From positions 1 to 62,611 of the forward strand of contig CAZKZI010000002.1 of assembly GCA_964557205.1 (NCBI GenBank): 62,611 bases of DNA, written 5' to 3'. The notes beneath the pieces were generated by a model that was not told the origin of the DNA, made no database searches, and worked only from the letters and a program-made list of their open reading frames with translations. Position 1 is the stretch's first letter. Every line of letters starts with the position of its first letter. Below are positions 1 through 9,716 of this stretch, piece by piece. Source of the DNA: an uncultured Lentisphaeraceae bacterium (GTDB lineage Bacteria; Verrucomicrobiota; Kiritimatiellia; RFP12; UBA1067). Position numbers and translations under genes: made by a program.

Positions 1-106
1 TCAATTTTTATCTGCAAAATATTTTCGGTGTCATTAATTGTGACGCAACGCGTATGGTATATTATAAAAGTAATTTACGTGGTTTATCTTTAGAGAGGTG
101 GTTAAA

Positions 107-3100
107 ATGAAAGCAAACGTCATTCTGTATACGGCGTTCTTCGGCATCATTGCGACATCGGCGGCGACGAATCCCATCGCTTGGTGGAAGATGGATAAGA
201 TCGAAAACGGCAAGGTGGCGGACGCTTCCGGCAACGGACGCGACCTCACGGTGGGTGCGGATTGCTTCATCTCGAATTCCGTCCACCTGCTCGAGTCGGA
301 GTTTTCGACGCTGTACTATCCCGGCACCACTGGATCGTGGGCCTCGTTCAGTTGCCCGGCGCTGACCAACCGTACGATCGTCTTCTGGCTCTACCGCGAA
401 GCCTCGGGCTGGGGTCCGCTCGACGCCGAAGTCAACTGCATCCCCTATCTGTGCCACCAGCTTTCGAGCATGGAAATGCAGTGCCACCGCAATGATTCCG
501 CGCCCATCATCGAGCCGTGGTACATGAACTACAACTCGGGCGGCACGCATTATTATCCCCATTCCTATATTCCGGTGCCCCGGGGGACATGGCATCAGCT
601 CGTCATTTCCATCAAGATCACCGGGGAGGAATCGGGCGGGGTGTTGCCGGGCGTACAGTCCACCTATTTGGATGGCACGAAAAATTTGGCCACCGCCAAT
701 CTCACGTTCCCCTCGACGCTCGGCCACGCCGGCGAGGCGATCATCGGCAACACTGCAGAGGGCGGCGAACGCCCGATCTTCGGCCATCTGGGCGAGGTGC
801 GCATCTACGACCGTACGCTTTCCGATGCGGAAATATTGGCTCTTTACGAGGAAAAAATCCATGGCCAGCTGCTCGCCCGCTGGGACATGGAGGCGGTCGC
901 TACCGACGGCGACGGCAAGCGCTTTATCGCCGGCCCCGTTGCGTCTTCCCCGAAACTCTACCTCGGTGACGCGGTGACGGTGACGCCGGGCATCGACGGC
1001 AACGCGCTATGGTTTAACCCCACGAACTCCGACACGATGGTCAAGACCTGGGCTGTTTCCTCCACGCTCGGCCTAAACGCAAACATTTCCGCCGGCACGG
1101 TTTCGCTGTGGTTCAACATGGCGACGAACATCAAAGACACCACATTGTTCCCCTTGCCATCCGGCAGCTACAACAACATCCCCCGCATCTGGAATCTCAC
1201 CAGCAACAGTACGCGTTTAATGGTCAACACGAGCTCCGGTGTAGACCGCAACACCACAGACCTCTACTACTATCTGGGCGGCGATTACTGCTACAGACGG
1301 TTCTGGGACGGCTACCTTGAGAAGGGGTGCTGGTCGCACATCACGATCGTCTCCAGATACGTGCCGGACGGTTCCGGCACCTATACGGGCCAGTTCGACA
1401 TCTATGTGAACGGCGAACTTTCAGGCTCGACAACGTCGCTGGAGGCCATGACGTTGGAGGCGTTCCTGTTCACGGCCACGAAATTCACGCTTGGTGCCAA
1501 CGTCCAGGCCGACGACGACAACAACTGCCGCGTGTACATGGGCCTCATGGACGACTTCCGCGTCTACGCGGGCGCGCTGACGGCGGACGAAATCCGCGCG
1601 GTCTACCGCGGCTCCGCGAAGGTGGATGCCGGCTACGACTTCACGACGACTTTGGAGACGACGACGTTGCGCGGCGCGGTGGCCGCTTCCGCGGAGCTGC
1701 CGTACCGCAAGGGCTATGCGGGCGACATTTCGTGGGAACTCGTGAACGCGCCCGCGGGCGGCGAAGCGGTCGCGATCGAAACGCCCGCGTCGCCCGTCAC
1801 GCGCGTGAAGTTGCCGGTCGCGGGTACCTATACGTTCCGCCTCAAGTCCACGGCGATGAGCTTCGCGCGCACGAACGACGTCACGGTGACGCGCGTCGCG
1901 GCGACGACGGGCAACACGGCTCCCACGGTGACGCTTGCCGCGTCCGTCACCTTCCCATTCCAAGGCCTCAACGCGCTTGCGGCGACGGTGGCCGATCCCG
2001 ACCACGGCCCGGGCACACTGCGCACGAGCTGGAAGAAAATCTCCGGCCCCGGCGGAGTGTGGTTCGAGCCGGCTAACTCCAACGCCACGGAGGTGTCCTT
2101 AACGGCGACGGGTTCCTACGTTCTCCGCTGCACGGCGGAAGACGGCCAGGACACCACCTCGGCTGACATCACGGTGACGGTGGATGGGAACGCGAATTTC
2201 GACCCCGCGTCGCTCACGAACGGTTTGTTCGCGTTCTATCCATTCACGGGCGGCGCGAAGACGAACTATGTCGCGGGTGGCGTAAACGCCACAATGGTAA
2301 ATTTCCTCGCGGGCAATTTCACCCAGCATTTCGATCCGACGCTCGACGGCCTCGGTTACCGCGGTTATGGCGGCGAGGACTATGCGAACCTCGGCGCGAC
2401 CGGTTTTGGTGAGTCGGGCGACACCTATCCGACCGATAAGTGGCGTACGATCAGCTTGTGGATGTACCACGATGCCGGGGCGCGGCCGGGCGGGCGCATT
2501 CCGTACAACCCCTCGATCGTTTCCCATCGCGTTGCCTTTGACTTGATCTACCTCGACAATCCCGACAACGGCAACCATGGATTTTGGGCGTTCCAGGCGT
2601 GGGGTGGACGCAAATGGGGATGTCCCGCGAAGGATCCTGCGAACCGCTGGACGCATGTCGTCGCGATGTTGGACCGTCGCGCCGAGATTGACGGGGCTGA
2701 CACGTCCGAGATCTGGATCGACGGCGTGAAGCAGACACCTACGGCGGAGCCGCCCAACCTCAAGTCGCGCAGCAGCGACGCAAACGTGGCCATCGGCGGC
2801 ACCCATTATTCGGCGTACGGCTCTGCGTTTCATCCAGATTACTGCCTCACGAACGAAACGTATGGCATCACCACGCGCACGTTTCCGGGCGTAATCGACG
2901 AAGTGCGCTTCTACAACCGCAAGTTGACTGACGAGGAGATCCGCTACCTTTCCGCGCATCCGGTGCTCGACGCGAACAAGGCGCCGTCGCTCGATCCGCC
3001 GACGCAGTCGACGGCGCACCCTATCATGCGCAAGCCGCTCACGGCCGAGGTCACCGCGCACGACGACGCGCTGCCGTACGATTCGTCCTTGACTTACATG

Positions 3101-3292
3101 TGGCAGGTCGTGAAGGGCGATGCGTCGAACGTGGTTTTCTCCGCGCCCGACGAGCGCACCACCACGGCGACGTTCGCGGTCGTGGGCGACTATACGCTGC
3201 AGCTCGCCGTTTCCGACGGCCAAAGCACAACGTATTCCGACCCGATCGACGTCACCGTCGAGACGGGCGGCCTTATAATTAGACTGCGGTAA
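107..3292 (+). CDS. secreted multi-LamG (concanavalin A-like lectin/glucanase fold) protein with Ig-like repeats
   Basis: ORF 98..3292 opens with GTG. ATG at 107 follows AGAGAGG and gives a signal-like N-terminus (MKANVILYTAFFGIIATSAA). The LamG closing motif recurs three times (GHLGEVRIYDRTLSDAEILALY, LMDDFRVYAGALTADEIRAVY, GVIDEVRFYNRKLTDEEIRYL). Ig/PKD-like segments are present (AGTYTFRLKS, TGSYVLRCTAEDGQDTTSADITVTV, VGDYTLQLAVSDGQSTTYSDPIDVTV). Confidence 0.8.
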   Translation: MKANVILYTAFFGIIATSAATNPIAWWKMDKIENGKVADASGNGRDLTVGADCFISNSVHLLESEFSTLYYPGTTGSWASFSCPALTNRTIVFWLYREASGWGPLDAEVNCIPYLCHQLSSMEMQCHRNDSAPIIEPWYMNYNSGGTHYYPHSYIPVPRGTWHQLVISIKITGEESGGVLPGVQSTYLDGTKNLATANLTFPSTLGHAGEAIIGNTAEGGERPIFGHLGEVRIYDRTLSDAEILALYEEKIHGQLLARWDMEAVATDGDGKRFIAGPVASSPKLYLGDAVTVTPGIDGNALWFNPTNSDTMVKTWAVSSTLGLNANISAGTVSLWFNMATNIKDTTLFPLPSGSYNNIPRIWNLTSNSTRLMVNTSSGVDRNTTDLYYYLGGDYCYRRFWDGYLEKGCWSHITIVSRYVPDGSGTYTGQFDIYVNGELSGSTTSLEAMTLEAFLFTATKFTLGANVQADDDNNCRVYMGLMDDFRVYAGALTADEIRAVYRGSAKVDAGYDFTTTLETTTLRGAVAASAELPYRKGYAGDISWELVNAPAGGEAVAIETPASPVTRVKLPVAGTYTFRLKSTAMSFARTNDVTVTRVAATTGNTAPTVTLAASVTFPFQGLNALAATVADPDHGPGTLRTSWKKISGPGGVWFEPANSNATEVSLTATGSYVLRCTAEDGQDTTSADITVTVDGNANFDPASLTNGLFAFYPFTGGAKTNYVAGGVNATMVNFLAGNFTQHFDPTLDGLGYRGYGGEDYANLGATGFGESGDTYPTDKWRTISLWMYHDAGARPGGRIPYNPSIVSHRVAFDLIYLDNPDNGNHGFWAFQAWGGRKWGCPAKDPANRWTHVVAMLDRRAEIDGADTSEIWIDGVKQTPTAEPPNLKSRSSDANVAIGGTHYSAYGSAFHPDYCLTNETYGITTRTFPGVIDEVRFYNRKLTDEEIRYLSAHPVLDANKAPSLDPPTQSTAHPIMRKPLTAEVTAHDDALPYDSSLTYMWQVVKGDASNVVFSAPDERTTTATFAVVGDYTLQLAVSDGQSTTYSDPIDVTVETGGLIIRLR

Positions 3293-3304
3293 ACAAGTAA
3301 CAAG

Positions 3305-6300
3305 ATGAAAAAAATGCTGATTACGGCGGCGTGCGCTTGTGTGTGCGCCGCCATGGCGGAGCCTACGTTTTGGAAAGGCGACGGCGCGTCGCCGGTCGCG
3401 CTCGACGCGACGAAGACGTTCGAACTGCGCGTAGGCGAGGTACCGAAGATGGGCGACGTGTCGCTTTTGGTCGCGCTCGGCGCGCCGGTGGACGACACTT
3501 TCCGGCCAACGGTGACGCTCAACGGCGTGTCGGCCACGACGGAAACGCGCGCGCCGCTAGCGACCTGGCTGCCCGGTTTCGACGCAACGCCTGTCCGCTC
3601 CCCGAAGGAAACCCGCGAAATCCAAGCCGGCTACAGGTATTCCTTTCCCTTGTCAGCGCTGAAAACGGGTGGCAACACGGTCGCGCTTGGCCCCGCCGTC
3701 GGCACGCCCAAGCTTCACGCGCTCGCGCTCGACGTGGATCCGGCCAAGGAGGTCGTCGTGGAAAACGACGACTTCCGCCTCGTCGTGGGAAAAGATGCGT
3801 GCGTGAAGTCCCTCGTCGTGAAAAAGACAGGCGAAGAATGCGTGGACGCGGGGATGGCGCTGCCGCTTTTCACGGCCACGCAGGACAGGCCGTTCCACAA
3901 TGAGCTCAAGCTGATCCACCCCAACAAGCGCACGGTCTATCCCGCGACACGCCTGCGGCGGGAGGGTGATTTGCTCTACGTCGGCTTCGACCATGACCTA
4001 TACGAGGCGAAGGTGGCGCTCAAAACGACGCCCGGCTACGTGGCGTTCACACTTGCCGATTTTTCGGTCGACCGCAAGTCGACCTACGACTACCTGCGCA
4101 TGGACCTGCCGCCCGTCGTGTCCTTCCGCCTACAGATGCCGGTGAAGAACCGCGCAAACTTCGGCGACTGGCTCAACGCGAGCTGGGACGCGAAGGCCGC
4201 CGTGGGCGTGGTAGGCACCTCGCCCCATACCGACATTGACCACGAAACGCGGGCGGGGGCGAAAATACTCTACGCGGAGGCGACGGCCGGCGTGAAGCTG
4301 CGCGGCGCCGGGGCGGCGCTTCTCGCGGCACCCGGCCGCGAGGCGTTCCTCGACGCGATGGACGCGCTCGAAAAGGACTTCGGACTCCCCCGCGGCGTGA
4401 AGAGCCGCCGCTCGCCGGATGTGCAGGAGTCGATCTTCCACGTGTGCGCCGCGTCATTGCCGGCCGACGTCGACGAGCTCGTCTCCTACGCTAAGAAAGG
4501 CGGGTTCACGCTGATGACCTTCAGCTACGGGGACGTGTTCAAATGCGCGCCGAGTTGGGGACTGTGTGGCAACTACGACTGGAAGGACTCTTATCCGAAT
4601 GGCGAAGCTGACCTGAAGGCGATGCTCGCCAAGGTTAAGGCGGCGGGAATCAAGGCCGGTTTCCACACGTTGCATTCGCACATCGGACTGCAGAGTCGCT
4701 ACGTGACGCCCGTCGCGGATCCACGGCTCAACAAAACGCGCCGCTTTACGCTCGCCGCGCCGCTTTACGCCTCGACGAACACCACGGAAATCACGGTGTA
4801 CGAGCCCACGGCCGACGTGGTGATGTACGCTCCCTGCCGCATCCTCCAGTTCGGCGGCGAACTCGTTTCGTACGAATCGTACACCGCGGTGCCGCCGTAC
4901 AAATTCCTCGGCGTGAAGCGCGGTGCACACAAGACGCGCGTCGTGGCGCATCCGAAAGGCGAGGTGGGCGGCATCCTCGACATAAGCGAATTCGGCGCGC
5001 CGATGAGCTGCTACGCCGACCAGAACACCGACCTGCAGGACGAAGTGGCGGCAAAGATCGCGCGCGCCTACAACTGCGGTTTCGAGTACGTCTACCTCGA
5101 CGGCTCGGAGGGCGTGAACCGTCCATTCAACTACCACGTCGCGAACGCGCAGCTCAGATACTGGAAGCTGCTCACGCCCGAGCCCTCCTTCGGCGAAGGC
5201 GCCGCTAAGACGCATTTCGGCTGGCACATGCTCGCGGGCGCGAATGCGTTCGACACCTTCCAACCAGAAGTGTTCAAGGCGAAGCTGCGCGAGTTTCCGT
5301 TCAAGCAGGCACCGATCACGCAGCAGGACATGTCGCGCGTGGACTTCGGCTGGTGGGCGTTTTTCACTCCGTCCGGCGGCGCGCAGCCCAGGGTGGGCAC
5401 GCAGGCGGACATGTGGGAATACGGCACCTCCGTGGCAGCAGCGTGGGACTGCGCGATATCGATTCTCATGCCGGCGTCGGCGTTGAAACGGCATCCGCGC
5501 GCGGATGACATCCTCGAGATGATGCGGCGCTGGGGCGACTGCCGCCGGCGCGGCCTTTTCAAGGACGAGTGGCGCCCGCGGCTCAAGAACTACGCGCAGG
5601 AGCACCACCTCATCGTTGACGCCAAGGGCGATTACGATCTCGTTGACTATTGGCCGCTCGCTGTCGGCAACGGCCAAACCCCGGTGCGCGCCTTCGTTTT
5701 CGCGAAGGACGGCGCCACGTGGGTCGTCTACTGGCATGGATCGGGCGAGGGGCGGCTGCGCCTTCCGATCGCGGCGGGCGCGGCGGCCCTCTACGAAGAC
5801 TTCGCCGGCAAGTCCGTCGCGTTCGAGAAGGACGGCGCGTCGATCATCGTGCCCGCGATGAAACGCCTCTACCTCAAGACGACGCTCGCGCGCGACGCGG
5901 TCGAACGGGCCTTCGCGGCGGCGGCGCTTCTGCCGCCCGGGAATGCGCCGTTCCTCGGTTTCAACGAAGACGACACGCACTACTACGGCCGCGCCGACCG
6001 CGTCAACCCCGATGGTTTCAGGAATTACATCGACGACATCTGCCGCGGCAAGGTGACGGACTTCTTCATCTGCGCGAACGCACAGCGCTCGATCGTTAGC
6101 TCGAAGGTGTTCGACAGCGCTTGGAAAGACAAGCCGAATCCAACCGGGTATGGGCTCAATCTCAAGAACCTCGAAGCCACCGGCACGGACGCGATACGGC
6201 TGTGGATCGAGACGTGTCGCGCGAAGGGAATCCGGCCGTGGGTGTCGATGCGCATGAACGACATACACGACGTGGACGACTTCGACCACCCGCTGCACAG

Positions 6301-7453
6301 TTCGTTCTGGCGCAACCATCCCGAGTGCTGGGTGGCGCCGGGCGTCGGCGACCTCAAGAACTCGACGGGCTGCTGGCGCTCGCTCGACTACGCGCAGAAA
6401 CCGGTGTACGACTACCATCTGGCGTTCGTGAAAGAACTGATCGACCGCTACGGCGACGCGGAGGGCATCGAGCTCGACTGGCTCCGCGGCGTCTATTGCC
6501 TCACGCGCGGAAAGCAGAAAGACCTCTACCCCGTGCTCACGCATTTTATGCGCGACGTGCGCGCCTACGCCAACGCCGCAGGGGAGAAGCGCGGCCGGAA
6601 GATCCGCGTCGCGGCGCGCGTCCCGTCCGACCCCGACGCGGCGGCCTCCTACGGTTTCCGCGCGGTGGAATGGGCGAAAGAAGGGCTTGTGGACTTGCTC
6701 ATCCCCTGCAACCACTACGGCTGTTCGGACTTTCTCCTGCCGTACCGCGACTGGTGCGCGCGCCTCGCCGCCGTCAACCCCGCCGTGCAGGTGGTGCCGG
6801 GCACGGACTCGGGGATCAATTTCCTCGGCGCGGGCGGGCGGCGCATGATGACGCTCGACGAATACTACGGCTGGGCGGACGGACTTTTCGCCGAGGGCGC
6901 GCGGGACTTCTACCTCTTCAACCTCTACGAGAATCCGCCGGATTCTGTCGCCTGGAACGAGATGCTTTCGCACGGGTTCGACGTGGCAAAGGTCGCCGCC
7001 CATAGTCGGCGCTACGCAATCACCCACCGCGACGTGCCGGGGATCCGTCCAGACTACGGCAATCTGCTGCCCGCGAACTGGGCGAAAGGCGTGGAGCTGA
7101 CCATCCGCGTGGGCACGCCGCCGAAAACGGGCGGCAAAGTCGCCGTGCTCGCGGCGTTCGACGGGGCTGCGCCGGACGATTTCGCCGCGCGCGTCACGCT
7201 CAACGGCGTATCGCCGATCAGCGGCGCGCTCGAGCCGCCAGCGAACTGGCTCAACGGCACGAAGGCGAACATGACCACCGTCAAGCAGAGCGCCGATCCC
7301 CAGTTCGGGTACCTGCCGCAGAACGTGAAGAGCTCCATGCGCTATGCATTCCCGGCCGAGACCGTCCAACGCGGCACGAACGCGCTTGTCGTGAAGCCGG
7401 CGGGTGAGGGATCGCTGCGGCTCATGTGCCTGGAACTTGAAATCGTGCCTTGA
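3305..7453 (+). CDS. large secreted protein, probable glycan-active enzyme (family not identified)
   Basis: ATG 3305 with signal peptide MKKMLITAACACVCAAMA. The 1382-aa frame is uninterrupted. The N-terminal and C-terminal ~130-aa modules resemble each other (TVTLNGVS...YRYSFPLSALKTGGNTVAL versus RVTLNGVS...MRYAFPAETVQRGTNALVV). I cannot name a catalytic family from motifs. Confidence 0.6.
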   Translation: MKKMLITAACACVCAAMAEPTFWKGDGASPVALDATKTFELRVGEVPKMGDVSLLVALGAPVDDTFRPTVTLNGVSATTETRAPLATWLPGFDATPVRSPKETREIQAGYRYSFPLSALKTGGNTVALGPAVGTPKLHALALDVDPAKEVVVENDDFRLVVGKDACVKSLVVKKTGEECVDAGMALPLFTATQDRPFHNELKLIHPNKRTVYPATRLRREGDLLYVGFDHDLYEAKVALKTTPGYVAFTLADFSVDRKSTYDYLRMDLPPVVSFRLQMPVKNRANFGDWLNASWDAKAAVGVVGTSPHTDIDHETRAGAKILYAEATAGVKLRGAGAALLAAPGREAFLDAMDALEKDFGLPRGVKSRRSPDVQESIFHVCAASLPADVDELVSYAKKGGFTLMTFSYGDVFKCAPSWGLCGNYDWKDSYPNGEADLKAMLAKVKAAGIKAGFHTLHSHIGLQSRYVTPVADPRLNKTRRFTLAAPLYASTNTTEITVYEPTADVVMYAPCRILQFGGELVSYESYTAVPPYKFLGVKRGAHKTRVVAHPKGEVGGILDISEFGAPMSCYADQNTDLQDEVAAKIARAYNCGFEYVYLDGSEGVNRPFNYHVANAQLRYWKLLTPEPSFGEGAAKTHFGWHMLAGANAFDTFQPEVFKAKLREFPFKQAPITQQDMSRVDFGWWAFFTPSGGAQPRVGTQADMWEYGTSVAAAWDCAISILMPASALKRHPRADDILEMMRRWGDCRRRGLFKDEWRPRLKNYAQEHHLIVDAKGDYDLVDYWPLAVGNGQTPVRAFVFAKDGATWVVYWHGSGEGRLRLPIAAGAAALYEDFAGKSVAFEKDGASIIVPAMKRLYLKTTLARDAVERAFAAAALLPPGNAPFLGFNEDDTHYYGRADRVNPDGFRNYIDDICRGKVTDFFICANAQRSIVSSKVFDSAWKDKPNPTGYGLNLKNLEATGTDAIRLWIETCRAKGIRPWVSMRMNDIHDVDDFDHPLHSSFWRNHPECWVAPGVGDLKNSTGCWRSLDYAQKPVYDYHLAFVKELIDRYGDAEGIELDWLRGVYCLTRGKQKDLYPVLTHFMRDVRAYANAAGEKRGRKIRVAARVPSDPDAAASYGFRAVEWAKEGLVDLLIPCNHYGCSDFLLPYRDWCARLAAVNPAVQVVPGTDSGINFLGAGGRRMMTLDEYYGWADGLFAEGARDFYLFNLYENPPDSVAWNEMLSHGFDVAKVAAHSRRYAITHRDVPGIRPDYGNLLPANWAKGVELTIRVGTPPKTGGKVAVLAAFDGAAPDDFAARVTLNGVSPISGALEPPANWLNGTKANMTTVKQSADPQFGYLPQNVKSSMRYAFPAETVQRGTNALVVKPAGEGSLRLMCLELEIVP

Positions 7454-7475
7454 TGCAACAGGAAGGACGGCGAAG

Positions 7476-9200
7476 ATGAAAAAGATGGTTTTGTCCGCGG
7501 CGTTAGCCACGTTTGGCGTGGCAATGGCGGCAGAGTGGAACTTTCCCGCCGGCGGCGACCCGAAGCTCGTGGTACCTCATGGCCCTGAAACCACGTTCAC
7601 GGAGGGCCTGAGGGCCGAAATCGACTTCTCGATCGACATCTCCAAGATCAACCCCACCCACCACTTCGCGAACCTCTTCACGAAGGGCAAGGATTTCATG
7701 GATGGCTTTTCGGTGATGGTGCGCGACACCGGACGGATGCTCGTGGACGTCAAAGGCATTGAGCCGAGCTACTATCATCATTGCGTTGAACTCGAAGCCA
7801 ACCGCGCGTACCATCTTGTGATGTACATTACGCGCGACAACGTGCGCCTATTCCTCGACGGAAACGAGGTGGGCAGCTACGTCTACCGCGGTGCCTTCGA
7901 CTTCTCGACTACGGCGCCGCTCACGATCGGCTCGATGGCCGGCTACACGTTCCCCGGCTCGATCACGCATTTTAAGCTCGAACCGCTCGCTGCCGTGAAA
8001 GTGCCGCCGGGCGGACCGGGACGACTTCTCTTGGAACCGCCGACCGATCAGGCGCGCGCCAAGATCCTCTGGTCGCGCGCGATCTGCCGCGACCGGGGCC
8101 GCTACGTGGGCTGGCCCACGGTGTGCCGTCTCCGGAACGGCGACATCCTCGCCGTGTTTTCCGGCGACCGCGAGGAACACGTCTGCCCATGGGGCAAAGT
8201 GCAGATGGCGCGCTCGATAGACGGCGGTGAAACGTGGGAAGGCCCCACCACGATCGCGAACGGGCCGGTCGACGACCGCGATGCCGGCATCGTGCAGATG
8301 CCCGACGGCGACATTGTGGTGACCTACTTCACCTCCGTCGCCTACCGCACGGAGTCGTTCCTCAAGAAGGACTGGCCGCGCGACGATCCGCACTACTGGT
8401 GGAAGCGCCACGACGAGAAGATCTCCGACGAAACGCGCCGCGCGGCACGCGGCTATTTCCGCATCGTCTCGAAGGACGACGGGAAGACGTGGTCGAAGCC
8501 GACGCGCATGGAAGGCGTGGGTAGCGCGCCGCACGGCCCCGTGCTGCTCAGGGACGGTTCGCTTTTCCAAGTCGGCATCACGGGCAAGCACCGGAAGCTC
8601 GCGGACGGCACCGTCAAGAAGTGCACGGCCGTGGGCGCGTGGAAATCCACCGACAAGGGCGCCACGTGGCAGTGCCTCTGCCCCGACATCCCGTGGTCGG
8701 ATGACGAAGGGCTCAAAAACATGGCGCTCGACGAACCGCACGTGGTGGAGCTCGCCGACGGCACACTCGTGGGCATGATCCGCTTCAACGGGAGCGACCA
8801 ATACCTGCGCCAGACCGTTTCGACGGATGGTGGCAAAACGTGGACGCGCATCGTGAAGACCCCCATGGTGGGGTTGCCACCGCACCTCATCCGCCTCGCG
8901 GACGGTAAGCTCGTGTGCGTCTACGCCCGCCGGATATCAACCCCGTGCTACGGCGAATACGCCTGTATTTCCGACGACGATGGCAAGACCTGGGACGTAG
9001 CGAACGAAATTTTGCTCAGGCCCTACCACAACTACGACATCGGCTATCCTTCAAGCTGCCTGCTGCCGAACGGCGATATCCTCACGGTGTACTACCACCC
9101 GCGCCAGGTCGGCGAGAAACCGTGTTTGATGGCGACCAAGTGGCGGGTCAAGAGCCACGACGGTCTGCCCGCCGCCAGCGGATTCGGGCGGTTGAACTGA
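7476..9200 (+). CDS. LamG-like domain + BNR/Asp-box (sialidase-fold) secreted protein
   Basis: Lies within ORF 7404..9200. ATG 7476 follows GGAAGGA and gives signal peptide MKKMVLSAALATFGVAMA. Five Asp-box motifs S-x-D-x-G-x-T-W are present (SIDGGETW, SKDDGKTW, STDKGATW, STDGGKTW, SDDDGKTW). Confidence 0.85.
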   Translation: MKKMVLSAALATFGVAMAAEWNFPAGGDPKLVVPHGPETTFTEGLRAEIDFSIDISKINPTHHFANLFTKGKDFMDGFSVMVRDTGRMLVDVKGIEPSYYHHCVELEANRAYHLVMYITRDNVRLFLDGNEVGSYVYRGAFDFSTTAPLTIGSMAGYTFPGSITHFKLEPLAAVKVPPGGPGRLLLEPPTDQARAKILWSRAICRDRGRYVGWPTVCRLRNGDILAVFSGDREEHVCPWGKVQMARSIDGGETWEGPTTIANGPVDDRDAGIVQMPDGDIVVTYFTSVAYRTESFLKKDWPRDDPHYWWKRHDEKISDETRRAARGYFRIVSKDDGKTWSKPTRMEGVGSAPHGPVLLRDGSLFQVGITGKHRKLADGTVKKCTAVGAWKSTDKGATWQCLCPDIPWSDDEGLKNMALDEPHVVELADGTLVGMIRFNGSDQYLRQTVSTDGGKTWTRIVKTPMVGLPPHLIRLADGKLVCVYARRISTPCYGEYACISDDDGKTWDVANEILLRPYHNYDIGYPSSCLLPNGDILTVYYHPRQVGEKPCLMATKWRVKSHDGLPAASGFGRLN

Positions 9201-9244
9201 AACTGCGCAGGTTGCGCGGACGCTATTTTGAATGGGAAGGAAAT

Positions 9245-9715
9245 GTGGCTGTGGAAAAGAACGAATTGAGAAAACTTCTGGGCGTGAGAAAGGCATCGGA
9301 CCTCGACAGCACCGTGGACTTCAGGTTGGCTTTCCATCCGCCGAGATGGGTGCTGGCGAGTGTGCATCCGGCCGTTGTCATCTCGGATTCCTTCGCGGCC
9401 GCAGATCGTCGGGCGGCATCCCTCGCCGAGGTCGGCCATCCGGCCCTTGCCGCCGAGACGCGTCCGGCGGGCAAGGACGCCGAAGCATTCGCCCTATGCG
9501 TGGAGGGCGTCGTTATCGCGGCGCGCACGCTCGCGCATTTCACGGGCGGTCGCACGCTCGACATGCATGCGGAGGGCGCTGCGGCGAACGCGGCGGCGGC
9601 GGCGTTCGCGCTGGAACGCGGTTATTTCGACGGTTTCCATGCGGCACATCCGCCCGCGGCGCGCGCGGGCCTTCCCGATTGGAAGGCACTGACCGGCGGT
9701 ACGGAGGTGCTCTGA
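9245..9715 (+). CDS. possible N-terminal-domain fragment of a split GH20-like (beta-N-acetylhexosaminidase-like) gene
   Basis: This is the tail of ORF 8915..9715 beyond the upstream stop. GTG 9245 is preceded by GGAAGGA. TGA at 9713-9715 lies 1 nt before ATG 9717 of the next ORF. The start is uncertain. Confidence 0.3.
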   Translation: MAVEKNELRKLLGVRKASDLDSTVDFRLAFHPPRWVLASVHPAVVISDSFAAADRRAASLAEVGHPALAAETRPAGKDAEAFALCVEGVVIAARTLAHFTGGRTLDMHAEGAAANAAAAAFALERGYFDGFHAAHPPAARAGLPDWKALTGGTEVL

Positions 9716-9716
9716 C

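Noticed and set aside
4454-7510. A very long antisense ORF (1018 aa) opposite the 1382-aa exoprotein gene. Similar long antisense or off-frame ORFs include 62..862, 2099..3223, 7848..8885, 13863..15326, 30342..31208, 34074..34994 and 59929..60654.
   Set aside because: They are typical stop-codon-poor shadow frames of GC-rich coding DNA. The translations are Arg/Ala/Gly/Pro-rich low-complexity sequence without motifs, whereas the sense frames carry clear domain signatures.
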